In this document: positions 12,303 to 27,572 of the stretch, piece by piece
How positions within the stretch are numbered: the stretch's first letter is position 1
Layout: each line of letters begins with the position of its first letter
Origin: Octopus vulgaris
Lineage: Eukaryota
NCBI GenBank assembly: GCA_951406725.2
Contig: OX597832.1
Location: 32,550,001 to 32,614,000, forward strand
Length of the DNA stretch: 64,000 nucleotides
Direction: 5' to 3'
Notes under the pieces: model-generated
Seen by the model: only the letters and a program-made list of their open reading frames with translations
Databases searched by the model: none
What the model was told of the DNA's origin: nothing
Program-made: the position numbers and the translations under genes

Positions 12303-14169
12303 CCTACATACGTGTGTATGCGATGATCTGAGTCTTTACGTAAAATACATTTAATGAAAACAAAAACTTTAATAAAACGTCGGCGCAGAAAATTATTTGA
12401 TATTAGCCGTTGTTTTGTGCAGAATTTGTTTTTCTGTATAAGAAAATATAATTATAGGTATTCGTTAATACCATTCGCGAATGGAGTCAAAACGTAAACA
12501 TATACGGACACACACACACGCACATATAGAAAGAAATAGACATAAAAAGATAGATACAAGCATACATGCACACGCTCAGTGTGCGCGTATGTGCATGTAT
12601 GTGTGTGTGATAATTATTTTCACCTTTAAGGCGTTTAGCTATTACAATCATTAGCGCGTCGGACAAAGTGCAAAGCAGCATTTCTTCCAATTTTATCTGA
12701 ATTCAAATCCCGTTGCCTTCCGTTTTACCTTTCTTTCATTCGGGGTCGATAGAATAAAGTACCACTGAAGTATTTGAGTCTATATATAGTCGTCTAATCC
12801 GTCTGAAAACTGCTGGCCTTGTGCTAAAATTTGAAGGAAGATTATATAATTATCATATTGTACTTTACTTAGCAGAGATGTTGTCTTGACTTTGGCGAAT
12901 ACAGAATGGTACTTTCCTGCAGGGTTACAATGTGAATCTTTGCTTGGACAAAGTACCTCCGAAGGCCACAGTTATGTTCTTGTTATCATGTCACTCAGAA
13001 GAACGTGTGGCCAATATAAAAGTGGGAAAATATATTTGTAAAAAAACGGCCGAATATTCTTGAGTTATTTTTTACTGTCTTAAAAATGTAGATGTTGAAT
13101 AGCGAAAGGTTTATCTGTAGTGAGTCCTCGCAACTGTGACTGCTCATGGCTATTGCATAACTTAATAGGCTTTCGTCTAAATACTTGTCGGTTTCTCGCT
13201 TGGCTCTGCAATTTATTATAATCAATTCCTTTCCACTTCATATTTATTTTCGACGATCCATTTTACACTTGGTAGTCTCCTAATCGCCTAGATATATCAA
13301 CCGAGCTTGCCTCATGCGAAACATTTCTGTCTTTAAAAAGAATACAAGGAAAATATATTCTTAAGTATCATATGAGAAATGGGACACTAGTTAGATTTTC
13401 ACCGTTGGAGATACAGTTAGTAATATGAAAAGACAAACTTCTGGAAACCAATATTGATATTGGTACAAAGAGACCTCTAATCTTTTTTTTTAATATGAAA
13501 CCAAGAAGCCAGGTACGATTCACGCCTGAGGTAAATTATTCAAATGTATAACAGATGGTTTCCAATGTGTATTTCAAAAGAACAGAGATGGATAAGAGCA
13601 GCAAGAGAGTCTATATGTCGTTCATCAAAAGAGCAGACATGAGAACAATATGGAGTTCTTAAAATGATGAGGGAAAATTGTGCTTTGTTTGCTGCTTTGT
13701 AGAATGAGCTTTAAACTGTAATGAAGGAAGCGGACGGTCGGAAGGAATTTAAGTCATAAAACTGTTCCGTCAAGGATGAATTGTGGTTAAACACAGCCAA
13801 GAACAAAAACAAGTTCTTCAAAGAACACCAGCACCGTTACTACCTCCACACTTTCGGGAACCATTAACAGCACCAGCATCACCATAGTTATCAGAAGCAC
13901 CGTCCCAGTAGTACAAGAGTTGTTAATGCTCCAATAATGAAAACTAAATAATTATACAAGAAAGGTATTGAGTGGGTATATGTGTGGGTGTGTATATTTT
14001 TTGCACGTAAACAAATATATAATGTTACGTCTCTTCCCAGCGAACGAATAAATAGGGACACACACACACACACACACACGCACACATATACCGGATCAGT
14101 AATTTTCTTCCTGCTACAATATTAGCAGTGTATTCTATTCCTTTTACTATTATATGTATGCGTGCGTAT

Positions 14170-14200
<31 letters not shown>

Positions 14201-15165
14201 CATACATACATACATACATGCATACATACATATACATACGCATATATTATGTATATGATATATATATATATTTATTTAATTTGTATAAATGTAAACATAT
14301 ATATTGATATACGATATATAAATATAAATGCATATATATATATATATATTTGTTAATAAAAATATACGCACACATATATATGTATAGATGTATATATATT
14401 TATATGTGTATATTCATACATATATACATATATATGTGTATGTGTGTCGTAGCTAATTTATTTGAGACGTATCCCCGAGCTAATAAATTACACATCCCTC
14501 TGTTTAGCTGCCAATTTAACCAAATTAATAGAAAAGTTCAAAATATATACCATTCGCTGTTTGATTTCTATATATCTATGTTTGTGTACTTTATTTCCTT
14601 ACCTTTCATTTCTCCCTTTCAACATCACTTTGAACCGACTCGCCAACCATTTCATTGCATGAGTAAGCAAAAAATATAGTAATTTCAAATATTATAAGTA
14701 AACTGTATTACCTATGTGTCTTTTTAGCAGGGAAATAAATGGCATTCTAGCCTAAAACTACGTTGTTAATTTTGTAACGGTAATAAGAAATATACATACA
14801 AACATACATACATACATATATTTTTACATACACGCATGTAGTCATTCACATATATGCACATAGATATTTACATAGTTCCCACAATTATATATATACATAC
14901 ATACATATATATATATATACATATATGTATATATACTTACACTTGTATGCACAGCCATACTCACGTCCATACCCATAGACACCTACCCTCATACATATAT
15001 ATATATATATTTCGTTTATGAATATATACATATATATATTTATATATAAATATATATGCATAAGAACATCACCACATGTTTTAAACAAACACCCTTTCAA
15101 ATGAATATATTTAAACGTATATGTGTACCTAAGATCAAATTTGCATACGTATATATATACATATG

Positions 15166-15206
<41 letters not shown>

Positions 15207-15225
15207 GTATATATATATATATGTT

Positions 15226-15256
<31 letters not shown>

Positions 15257-15778
15257 GTGTGTTTGTGTGTGTGTGTATATGTATATATATACATATATAC
15301 AACGGTTCTACACAAATTACACACATATATGTATATGAATTCTGTTCTTAATGGTCTCAAGTTATTGCATCAGCACATCTTTTTAATTGCGTAGAATTAT
15401 ATAACCAAAATTTGCAAACAGTGCGCTTCACTTCAAAAATACATTAACAGAGTCGTTAGTTCTAAATTTATTTCCACATCTTCTGTAATTTTTTTGAAAA
15501 TGTTCAAGCGGCAGCAACCATGGAGTTGCTAATTAGAGGTTGTTATGACACTTGGACAGCAATATCTGCAAGAAATGATATCCACATTTACCCTGAAGGA
15601 AACACGGTCATTTCTAGAATGAAAGACACATTGCAATGCTAAATGGACGTTTGGCTCATCAGTACAAAAAAATATATCTGGTTCACATGGCTGGATAAAG
15701 TTTAGTCTTCGTATGTACTACACTAGAGCTAACCAGAAGCTAAACGTTGAACGTCCTTGCATGTACATACGCGTACAC

Positions 15779-16160
15779 GTCATCCAACAAGTTCTGTCCA
15801 ATTTTATCTTTTTTTTTAAAATTGAATGAAACAATAGTATTTTAGAATGTCTAATGCAATTAAAAATTATTTTATGCATTTGTGTACAATTAAACTAATT
15901 AAATATTATTTTACAGAATAATAGAATTAAAATTTCTCTGATTAAAACCCTTTCTAACATGGAAGTATCCAAAGCCACATAATGCTTTATGTGTACAAAA
16001 AAGGAAACTCTGCAGCTGAAGCGTCTCGAAACATATACTCAGTTTATGGCAAAGAATGATTGAATGAAAGAACTTGCAGAAGATGGTTTGCGAAAGTGAG
16101 AAGTGGAGATTTTAGCCTTCAAGATGAAGTTCAAAGAGGACGTCTTGTTGAGTTTGATAA
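15779..16160 (+). mobile_element. Mariner 5' fragment (TIR-like end plus N-terminal HTH)
   Basis: From 15959: MEVSK..HIMLYVYKKGNSAAEASRNIYSVYGKE*LNERTCRRWFAKVRSGDFSLQDEVQRGRLVEFD, the mariner HTH_48-type region. GTCATCCAACAAGTTCTGTCC at 15779 resembles a mariner terminus. Confidence 0.8.
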
Positions 16161-16250
16161 CCTCCTTGAGGTTGTGTATTTAAATTGATATTTATTTCTC
16201 ATTTGATGGAGTACACTTTTGTTGATTCTACCTGTATTAGATGTGTAAAC

Positions 16251-16335
<85 letters not shown>

Positions 16336-16424
16336 TGTGTGTGAGCGTGTGTGTGTACATGTGTTAAAAAGTATTTAAGAATCCATTGAAATGAAAGGTT
16401 ATAAATGTAAATTAAAAGCAAACA

Positions 16425-17520
16425 GCACGAAAGTATGTTTCAAGATTTTTGTAATATTTGTTATATTAAGTGACTCATAATTTTGTTATATTAAGTGACT
16501 TACAAAATATCGTCGCTTTCGATGTGTCAGTCCATCTGATCAAATATTAATAATTCAAACTCAAAAATTAGGAAATAACAAATTGGACATTAAAAACTGT
16601 TTGTCCGCATATTTTGTTTTTAGTTAAGAACACGTTTGAAATTTTATCTTAAAGTCTCTCATTTGTGGTCTATGTAGGGGTCTGTCTGGAACGGCGTACA
16701 AAGGGTCGAATGTCAGGAATTCTATTGAATTGAAAAAAATTCTTTTGAATTGAATAGAAATTTTCTGTTCAGAATATAGTCAACTGCGAGTGAGGTGTGT
16801 GTTTGCATATGTGTGCGCGCGTGGGTATTGTGTTCTAAGTGAATAAAAGATGGTCTGAAATGGTTTCGAAGAAATTGCTTTACTTTCACTTTATGGCGTA
16901 TATTGTCTTTGTGTTTCGTTTTGTTTTTGTTTTTTTTGGAGTATGCTGCTTTATGGAAGGAATTAATTTTGTCTCAAAACATTCTTTCTTTATTTATTTA
17001 TTCAGAATATAGTCAGCTGCATATACACACGTGCACACACACACACACGCATATACATGTGCACACACAGATACACGCATACACACACACACACACATAC
17101 ACACAATCAGACACAAATACAAGCGCACGCACATACACACACACACACACCACATGCACTCAAAGCTGACCATAGCTTGAATAGAAACTTGCTATTCAAT
17201 TCAAAAGAATTCTTTTGTCTCCCATTGAATTCCTGACATCTGACCCCTTTGAACGCCATTCCAGACCACTACATACACCACGTATATAGGAAGATGCTTT
17301 AAGATAAAAATTTAGGATAAAATTTCAAACAGGTTCTTAACTACGCACAAAACATGAGAACAAACGGTTTTTAATTTCCATTTTTTTTCTAAGTTTTGAG
17401 ACTGAAATTTGAATATTTGCTAAGACGAACATACACATCAGAAACGGTGATATTTATAAAAGTCATTTTATATAACTAATATTTTAATATTAGTTACATA
17501 TTTCAATATACTTTGGTGAT
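16425..17520. mobile_element. Long inverted repeat (arms about 16425-16800 and 17150-17520), MITE/foldback-like element
   Basis: Motifs pair across arms, e.g. AAAGGGTCGAATGTCAGGAATTC / GAATTCCTGACATCTGACCCCTTT, AATTCTTTTGAATTGAATAG / CTATTCAATTCAAAAGAATT, TTTGAAATTTTATC / GATAAAATTTCAAA. The spacer carries CA repeats. Confidence 0.75.
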
Positions 17521-17751
17521 TATTTCGTCTGACTTTACGTTCTGAGTTCAAATTCCTCTGAGGTGAACGTTGCCTTTCATACTTTCGCGGTCGATAAATC
17601 AAGTACCAGCTGCATACTGGGGTCAAACTAATCGACTGGACGACACTCCACCCCGAAATGTCGGACCTTGCGCCTAGAGTAGAAAAGAATATATATGTAG
17701 GTATGTACATATATGTACGTATATATGCATATATTTATATATTATTTATAT

Positions 17752-17798
<47 letters not shown>

Positions 17799-17953
17799 AC
17801 ATACATACAGATGTATCCATGCATACATACATATATACATATTTGTTTCTATATAAACACTTCTGTATCTATGTATTTATGTATGCATGCAAGTATGTAT
17901 ATTATGCACTTTTATATGCTTCTATAAACGTATGCATACATGCGTACACGCAC

Positions 17954-18008
<55 letters not shown>

Positions 18009-18107
18009 ATGAATATGTCTTTCTGGGCAATATTTTCCCTTACATATCCCTTTGTATGTGTGTGTTTCGTTCTGCGCGCGTGCGAGTGTGTTTGTACAAT
18101 GATATAT

Positions 18108-18156
<49 letters not shown>

Positions 18157-19375
18157 AGATGTGTGAGTGTGTGTATGTGTATGTTTGTGGAAATATGTGT
18201 GTATGTTCTATTCTTGCAATTATGGTGATATTACGAAAGCGAAATTAGAGGAAAAATATCAAGAAAAAAAATGTGAGAGCAAGAAGATTAACATATACAC
18301 GAATAAATAAACAAACAAATAAATAAATAAAACGATAAAAATATTCAATGATCATCATCGTTGACATTCGTAAACATCTTCATCATCATCATCATCATCA
18401 CCATCATCACCATCATCATCATCATCATCCCCGTCGTCATCAACATCACCATCTTCATCGTTGTCGACATCATCATCATCATCATCATCATTAACATGAA
18501 CAGCAGCAACAGCAGTGCAAAAACATCATCACTATCATAATCATCATTATTTTAAGAAGAATAAGAATAATAATCATTATTAATTTTATATTCATTGTTG
18601 ATGCTGTGGCTAATGCGATTGTTATTATTATCATTATTATCATCCTTATCATCATCTTCAGCATCCTCATCACCATCTTCCTCATCGTCGTCGTCGTCGT
18701 CATCATCACCATCATCGCCATCATAATCATCATCATGATCAACATCCTCATCATCGTTACATCATATGTATACACACGTATGAAAGCGAATGTGCGCAAA
18801 GCAGATCATGTTAAACTTAGATGAAACACATAACGTGTTTCATGAGGTAGGAGGCGAAAAGATGCAAGACATAAAAGGGAAAAAAATGGAAGCCAACACA
18901 CTGGAACCGATGGTAAATACCATTAAAAAACTATTTTGTTTTCGTTGCATGATTTCACTGCACAAACGAACACACCACGCTAGGCGCATGCGCGTGTGAG
19001 CGTGTGCGTGCATTGGACATTTGTGGTGTTTTGCTGGTGTTTTGCGCCGTTTCATTATTGCAGGAATAACTCAACGTAAACATCGTACGGTGCCGAGGAG
19101 TTCGGTGATGCGCATGAATAAAGAAATAACGGAATAATTAAACAAATAAAACCACAGATGTAGCTATGCGCCAACTGTGACATTTCGTCATATTGTGACA
19201 TTGATCAAAGAATCGTATGACACTGGTTGAGAGGTTTCGCGCATCTCTCTTTCCCATTGGCCAAAAACAAACGATTTAGGCTATTTGCTATGTTTTAAGC
19301 AAGGTTGTGCACAAATGCAAAATATCAAAGTGATTCGGTTCGTAGTCTAAGTCATGATCTCATAAGTATCTAATT

Positions 19376-19581
<206 letters not shown>

Positions 19582-19767
19582 TCAAGAATAAATTTAGTAT
19601 AACAGCATATAAAAGAAAAACATATATACATGCATATGTGTGTGCGTGCGTGTGTGTGTGTGTGTGTGTGTGTTTTTTGTTTTGTATTTTTGTGAATATG
19701 AGTCGTATATAGTTAACACAGTCTCGTCTTAATGTTAATTTTACTATGGTTAACTGATATATATATT

Positions 19768-19811
<44 letters not shown>

Positions 19812-19861
19812 CACACATCGACACACACACACATATATATGTAAATATATGTATATACACA

Positions 19862-19950
19862 GAAGGGTAAGCAATAAATGTGAAACAATTTGGGAAAAAT
19901 TAGTACTCGAATACCGGATGTAGAGTAATATGCTTTATTATTAAAGCAGG
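19862..19950. repeat. Dispersed repeat shared with 39603-39697
   Basis: ATAAATGTGAAACAA..GGAAAAA..AGTACTC.AATACC..ATGTAGAGTAATATGCTTTATT..AAAGCAG occurs in both places, each embedded in TA repeats. Confidence 0.7.
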
Positions 19951-20559
19951 AAAAAACCACAAAATTATCACAAAAAAGACTTCCGCTCTACATTCCCGTT
20001 CATGATACAGAATCACAACTTTCCAACGAATGTCCAAATGGGTAAAATATGTATTCTAGAAGTATATAGGACACTTACGACTGGTCATATTGTGGCGTTA
20101 GACATTGCAAGATAGCCTGGAAAATATACGCAGAGTCCCATTAGGGAGAAAGGTATCATAGTAAAATGGACACTAACATATTAAAGTTATATGAAATGTC
20201 AATAGAGACACGTCGTCTAACTGTGACAATTACATGCAGCCTAAGTAGTAAGTATATAAAGAGAGCAAATTTAAATTGTAGAATGGAGAAAAAGGATGAA
20301 CAACCTTAATGGATCTTAGAAGCTTGTCAGATTCGCATCGGAGATTTCTACATTGTTTTACCAATTCCCGAGAATCAGGGAATCAATTTGTTTATATACT
20401 CAACAAATCCAATTCTTTCAGATAACGAGTGCCAGCAATTTGTATAAATATTTACCGCTTAGTTAATATCAGGGGTGTGTCAACGAGTCTCTTCGTGCAC
20501 ATTCTATGAAGATACGCTCTAATAAATGTAACCTGTGTAATACATAACTAAGCAGGCTG

Positions 20560-20820
20560 AATCCTTAAATCCTTAAAAATGTTTTAGCTCGAAGGCCGCG
20601 GCCATGCTGGGGCACCACCGCTGAATGAGCTATACTAATATGTGAATCCACCTCTGATATGTGGCACTTGATCAACAAGGGAGTTCGATGCCGCTGCCCG
20701 CATCTGTGTCTCCTGTCGTGAGGTAGGTTCATCTGGGACCCCCGACAAGAAGAGATCCAGTTTAGTTTTAAAGAAACCCACATCAACATCATGTAAGTCT
20801 CTCAGGCATTTAGGGAATTT
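20560..20820 (-). mobile_element. CR1/L2-group LINE 3' end (end of ORF2 plus 3' UTR)
   Basis: ORF 20635-20856(-) FPKCLRDLHDVDVGFFKTKLDLFLSGVPDEP...AASNSL resembles the CR1-type terminal 'LP..LR......FK..LD.FL..VPD.P' motif. Followed by a short UTR and a TTTAAGGA repeat tail. Confidence 0.75.
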
Positions 20821-21980
20821 TACTATTTCTCCGTAGACTGAAAAAAATATAAACAAAAAACTGATGCCCCATCTTAATCAATTTTCGAACTCCACCAGTA
20901 GGACCATGCCCAGAGAAACCAGCAGCTAATATGGTGCTCCGAAATAAAATAAAGTGAGGATTCTAAGTTTGGTGATTGACGGGAAAAATTATTTAGCGTC
21001 CACTGAGGTACGAAAGCTAATAGTAAAGCGGAAGGCGGCGCATCGGATTTTTTTTATTGGGCATCAGCGAGGCACTGTTTCATTAACAATTATATATTAG
21101 ATGCCTCTTCTAAACGCATATAGGAAATACACGAACGAACATAAGGCGGTGGTTATAAGCTTCAAGACTGAATGCAGAGGAGTGGTTATAAATTGTAAGA
21201 AAAGATGCAGAGCAGAACTACATGATTTAATGCGATATAACTTATGTTAAGATGCAACCCGTGATTCTATGAAGGATTAAGCGAGGATCTTTAAAGTACA
21301 CTAATACGTACACAGTTGCACGAATATAGACATATACACATAAAATATATATTTACACAACGCTTTTGGAGAATATAACGCATTCGTGCATATTAAGTGA
21401 TATAGGCAAACACAGATATAAGCAAATCTAAAAACATATATATATATATATATTTATGTATATATATGTGTGTGTGTCCATACATATGTACACATACATA
21501 TATATATATATAGATATATGTATATATATGTATGTTTTATATATATATACATATATATGTATTTATATATATACATATATATATATGTATTTATGCATAT
21601 ACATGTATATATATATGTGTGTGTGTGTATGCATAAACACACTCACACACGCACACACACACATGTGGTTATAAATACGTGGAAATTGGAAGGCAGCAAA
21701 AGTAATTTATTTCTTAAGCAATAAATAAATTTGAAATGAATATGCGAATATATCACTCAGCTGGGTGTAATTTCACACTTTAAAAATTAATAAAATGTAG
21801 AAATGAAATTTCAGAAAACTAAATAAAATATACTATTATTAATATTACTGCCTTTACTAATACTAATAACCATAATAACAACAATATCAACAACAAAAAT
21901 AAAGAGAAACAACAGCTAGAATATTGCATAGCTAAAAGAACAATACAGTAATAATAATAAGAATGATGATGATGATGATG

Positions 21981-22035
<55 letters not shown>

Positions 22036-22281
22036 TAATATTGATAATAATAATTTCTTTTATTTAATTATAATGACGACAACGACGACGACGGCGACGA
22101 TGATGATTATGATTATGCTGACGATGATAAAATACGAACAACCCCAAATATAGTAACACCTATCACAACACTAATGAGAATCTTTCAATAATATAAACGA
22201 TGATAGTGATGATGATGGATATGAAAATATTAATAAGGACAAGAATAGAAATAATAAGTGCAATTATTTAAAGAAAAGTGC

Positions 22282-22313
<32 letters not shown>

Positions 22314-22324
22314 CAACAACAACA

Positions 22325-22371
<47 letters not shown>

Positions 22372-22484
22372 GATAATGAAAACTTATTAATATTAGTTGT
22401 AGTATTGTCATTATTATGTTATTAATGATAACGGTGTATAAGAATTTTCATAAATGCTATAACGTTGGTAATTATAACGGTATT

Positions 22485-22813
<329 letters not shown>

Positions 22814-23590
22814 GAGCACAACTACAAAAATTACAACAACAAAAATAATAAAAATAACGAGAATTTGAAATATTTTCATCGTGTTTTCTTTCCATGTTCT
22901 GCAATATAAATGTTCAATTTTTCCAATTGAACACAAACACCTTGAGTTATGTAACAAGCGTCAATTAAAATTCCTTGCTTTTCTAACAAACAATAAAAGA
23001 TCATCGAAAGATAAGAAACAAAAAATCAAAATAGAAAACAAAGAAAAAAAACGCACAGATGATCTACTCATCTCCACATATTTTCCACACATCTATTCTT
23101 TGTAAGAATTGCTTCTTTTTGTCTTCGATTACATTGGAGAAACATTGCGAGGAATTATTAAAGACAGCTGCAGACACAATAAAAGAACATTATTTTAGAT
23201 TAAATGTGATTAAAAATTTGTTTCCTGTAATCGTTTTGGAGTTGTTTCGTTATTTCCTATTAGAGAGAATTAAAGAAAAAAAAATTCTAATATTTCTAGT
23301 GTTGAAAATGGGTGGACCACTGCTATACCATGGACACAAATAACTATATATGCACACATACATACGTACATACATATATGCACACATACATACGTACATA
23401 TATATATGCATACATACGTACATACATACATACATACATACATAATTGTACATATGAGTATGCATTTATGCATATCTCTACGTCTATATCAATATCTATA
23501 TTCGCTTATCTGTATGTATGCATGTATGTATATATGTATGCATACACACACATATATATATATATACATATATGTAAATATATATGTATG

Positions 23591-23622
<32 letters not shown>

Positions 23623-23644
23623 TACATATATACATATATATCTA

Positions 23645-23699
<55 letters not shown>

Positions 23700-26169
23700 G
23701 CTTATATAGATAGATAGACAGACAGATAGATAGATAGATAGATAGATAGATATTAAATGCAAGAGTACCATCTTGAGAATGCCGTTGTTATTTTTGTGTT
23801 TGTATTTTCATCATTTTATCCCATGTTTATTGGTTTTCATTGTGTTAATGCGAAAATACACACAACGCGGTTTAGCTAAGGCTGTTATAGCGTAATAGGC
23901 TCCATTTTGTTTCCGTTTTAATTTATTAGTTTTTATATATTTATTTATTTCTCACGATTTCGTTTCTATCAAAATTTGCAAACCAAAACCAATAAACAAT
24001 CTAAGAAAACAATTAATTAAAAATCAAACACAAAAAATCAATCATAATCCCAAAATAAAAAAAATATATATAAACCATGCATTTATCAATTATTAATTTA
24101 TATTCGAACAGTAATAACTAATGATATTAGATTGAACTCTTGTGATATAAAACTGAATTGCGACTACATTCTATGCATTTCCTCATGGATTATTAGAATT
24201 CGATCTCAGCATATTGAATAAATAAATAAATGAATAAATAAATAAATAAATTGCTGTTTCTAAATTGAACGCAAAAGGGAAATCAGGCTACGAAAATGAA
24301 GGATGAGGTTAAACTTAAAATCAGCCGTGAAAACGAATATTAACACGTCTTCCGTAATTGCGAAATATTATTAGAGTCATGCTGTGTAAATCAAAACTCG
24401 TAATATTCCTTGATTCATATTTCTGTGTGCCGAAGCATCCTGGTAACGAAATACATTTCTTATATTTAGATGAGAATCGTTGTTTCCTACGCTTCAGATC
24501 GAAATCAATAAATTCCAATTTAAAACAGTCATTGATTTAAGAGTGCTGCTGCCGTGGCTGCCGATTTTCAAATTAAAATATTTCCCTCTTTGTGTACCCG
24601 TTAAAGGGAAGGCAGAGCTGTGTGGTTAAGAACTGAATTTATTCCAACATAGAACAATTCGTGTTCGAACGTACCGTGTGCCATCTTCACAAATACATAA
24701 CTATGAAAGACCTTAGCGACCATGCCACGTACTCGACGTGTAGTAAACGATGACAGAGTAAAGGAATGGTACCCGGTCTGTAGGCTGAAGCACTTGTCCG
24801 TTTCAGTCACTTCGTTATTTAATGAACTATATGAAATGCTCCATATAATCTATCACGTTGGGTCATAACTCTGAGAATTAATATACGAGGCCGTGAAAGT
24901 GACATATTCTGAGTTAATCGCGATTTAAAATGCATCGATGTTCTGTCTCGTTTGAGATTTGAATTATGACCATTGTGGCTCCTCAGTCCCATGAATAATT
25001 TTGCAATAATTTTAAAAACCTTGGTCAGATTTCATTTAAACATAAGTCAGCTTCCTTACAAAGCACTTGGCAAGTACAACGACTTAGTCCTTTTGCATTA
25101 CGGAGAATACCCTGCACGATGTGTCCTTTCCTTACTTAATACAGTTTTCTATGTTCTGTAGATCGAATAATTGTGTAGAGACACCATTGTTGCCTCGCGT
25201 TATATAAAAATGATAACGAACGGGCAGCAATGTTTAGTGCAGTGTGATTTGAATACATTGTTCGAGGAAATAGCATCAAGAGGAGGTATAACCTTTGATA
25301 AGATCGGTGAAAACTGCAGATATAGATCCAAGAGATTATACATCTTCGAGAAGTGTTAATCCATCGCTAGTTTGTGGTTGTTCGTAAAGTAGTGAGAGAG
25401 ATCGACAGCTTGAAGGCGCGACCAGTTAAAATCATGATTGGAGTAAATTTCACGCATCCACACGAAATACAAGTATTTAAGTGTGTAGTATCACATGTAA
25501 TATAATGAGTTAATATTTTTACGAAATAAAATTATATTCGTAGCAAAAAAGATAAAAAGTACAAATAATATTTCGTGTTATTAGAGACAGGGGAAGAAAC
25601 TGTGAAAATTAAAGTTAGAAATTATATAATTAACGTGATGAAATATAATGGTGTGATTAATTTAGTGGATGAAATAGGTTGTTTATTTTGGTAAGCACCT
25701 CTCTAATTCACCTATCCGAACTCCGTACTGGCAATTATATTCCGAATAATAACAAGTTTAAATCGGTTTGCGTGTATCGGTGAAATAAAAGAGAAAACTA
25801 ACAAGAAATGCTCACAAACACAAAAGAACAACTACAACAACAGCAGCAGCAGTAGAGGCAGTAGGAGCAGCAGCAGCAGCAGGTTCTTAAGGCGAAATAT
25901 ATAGCAAAACTGCAAACAAACATTCAGGTACAAGCAAGCTGAAAGAAAACCGGTTAGAATTGCCAAGGAAAGAAGCGGATTCTATTTTCTCTCTTTTTTG
26001 GTTTATTTTCTCTGCCTCAGCAGACAATAAGGTCAAGTTGACATCACTTCTTCCACTGGAACTAAACATAAACCAGGGAACAAATAAATGAAATAAGCAA
26101 ATAAATAAATGAATAATGAACACGAATGTACACGAAGAAAGAGCGAACCGGTTTTTAATAGTCACTAAC

Positions 26170-26220
26170 AATGTTTCAATGTAATACACCGAGGAAACCT
26201 GGGTCTGTTTACATGATCTC
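26170..26220 (-). CDS. Candidate internal exon (51 nt)
   Basis: Strong acceptor ccattttgtttgcttccag| and donor ATT|gttagt. Open in two frames (GDHVNRPRFPRCITLKH or RSCKQTQVSSVYYIET). Splice-signal evidence only. Confidence 0.2.
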
Positions 26221-26534
26221 CTGGAAGCAAACAAAATGGCGGTAATGTGGAGAATGATAGGAAGGGGGTAGGTGGGGGAGGGGTGGAAAGAAGAAAACGA
26301 AAACAAACAAAAGAAATAAAAGAATAAAGAAACAAAGCAAATAAGGAAATACGCTGCATAAGAATTTTACTTGTTCGACTTGCACGCATCCACACACCCA
26401 CATGCAAATATATATACACACACAAACACATATTCAAACACACAGAAATACCGCTACATCACCAAACAAAAATCCATGGTAAGCTGCGTGACTTTGAAAC
26501 AGATTTCATACATGACCACCTCCCACGTATATAC

Positions 26535-26586
<52 letters not shown>

Positions 26587-26620
26587 CTTTTCTCATCTTA
26601 CCGTTTTACCAATATATATG

Positions 26621-26736
<116 letters not shown>

Positions 26737-26739
26737 TAT

Positions 26740-26950
26740 GGAGGTGTGAGGTTTAGTGGTTAGGGTTGTAGAGTGATGATCGTAAAATTGTGGCTTCCAT
26801 TCCTGGATCGGGTGAAGCGATGCGTTCTTGAGAAAGACAATTCATTTCACTTTGCTCCAGTCCACTCAGTTGAAAAAAACAAGGGTTAGCCCTGCGACGG
26901 ACCAACATCCCGAGCATTGAGCTTTATATCCGTCTACAGGTGCAGGGAAA
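26740..26950 (+). mobile_element. SINE family D, degenerate copy
   Basis: TTTAGTGGTTAGGG head and TTCATTTCACTTTGCTCCAGTCCACTCAGTTG core, homologous to the reverse complement of 59050-59185. Confidence 0.65.
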
Positions 26951-27382
26951 TCCTCAATAACGATCTTTTATTCTTTTCATATATACCTAACATTATATAC
27001 AGCTATATATACATTTATACACACACAGTGTGTGTGTTTATGTATCAATAATAGAAGTGTGCAGAAAATGGAGGTAAACCAACGATAAGTCTCAAATTGA
27101 AAGATCGTTTACCTCCATATCGATAAGTGAACAATGGCCACCAGAATATTTACCTTCTCGTCCTTCATCAGACTCCTTTCGTTCCTTCTCCTCCACTTCT
27201 TCGTTTTCTTCTTCTCTTCCACTTTTCCCCTCTCTGTATTGTGTTACATAATCTAATTGTAAGGAATGTCAATACCAGCAGATGATACCGTGTCTAGTTT
27301 TCGACTGCTTCAAAGAAATACATGCTGCTACATACACACGAAAACACACGCACACAGGTGTGTATATATATATATATTGATT

Positions 27383-27468
<86 letters not shown>

Positions 27469-27507
27469 AAGACAGACAGAAAGATAGATAGATAGGTAGA
27501 TAGATAT
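27383..27507. repeat. (GATA)n microsatellite
   Basis: Direct inspection. Confidence 0.95.
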
Positions 27508-27537
27508 ACATGCAAAGTTACAGCAATATATAAATGC

Positions 27538-27572
<35 letters not shown>

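Noticed and set aside
13480-13720. 'IKRAD' motif reminiscent of Penelope RT (KxADK)
   Set aside because: Too short and too degenerate.
25887-26306. 139-aa minus-strand ORF
   Set aside because: Mostly low-complexity pyrimidine-rich sequence; only the 51-nt candidate exon has splice support.
27068-27175. ATGGAGGTAAAC/GTTTACCTCCAT inverted repeat and a minus-strand CTGATGAAGG
   Set aside because: Could not assemble a complete hammerhead; the 12-bp inverted repeat alone is weak.
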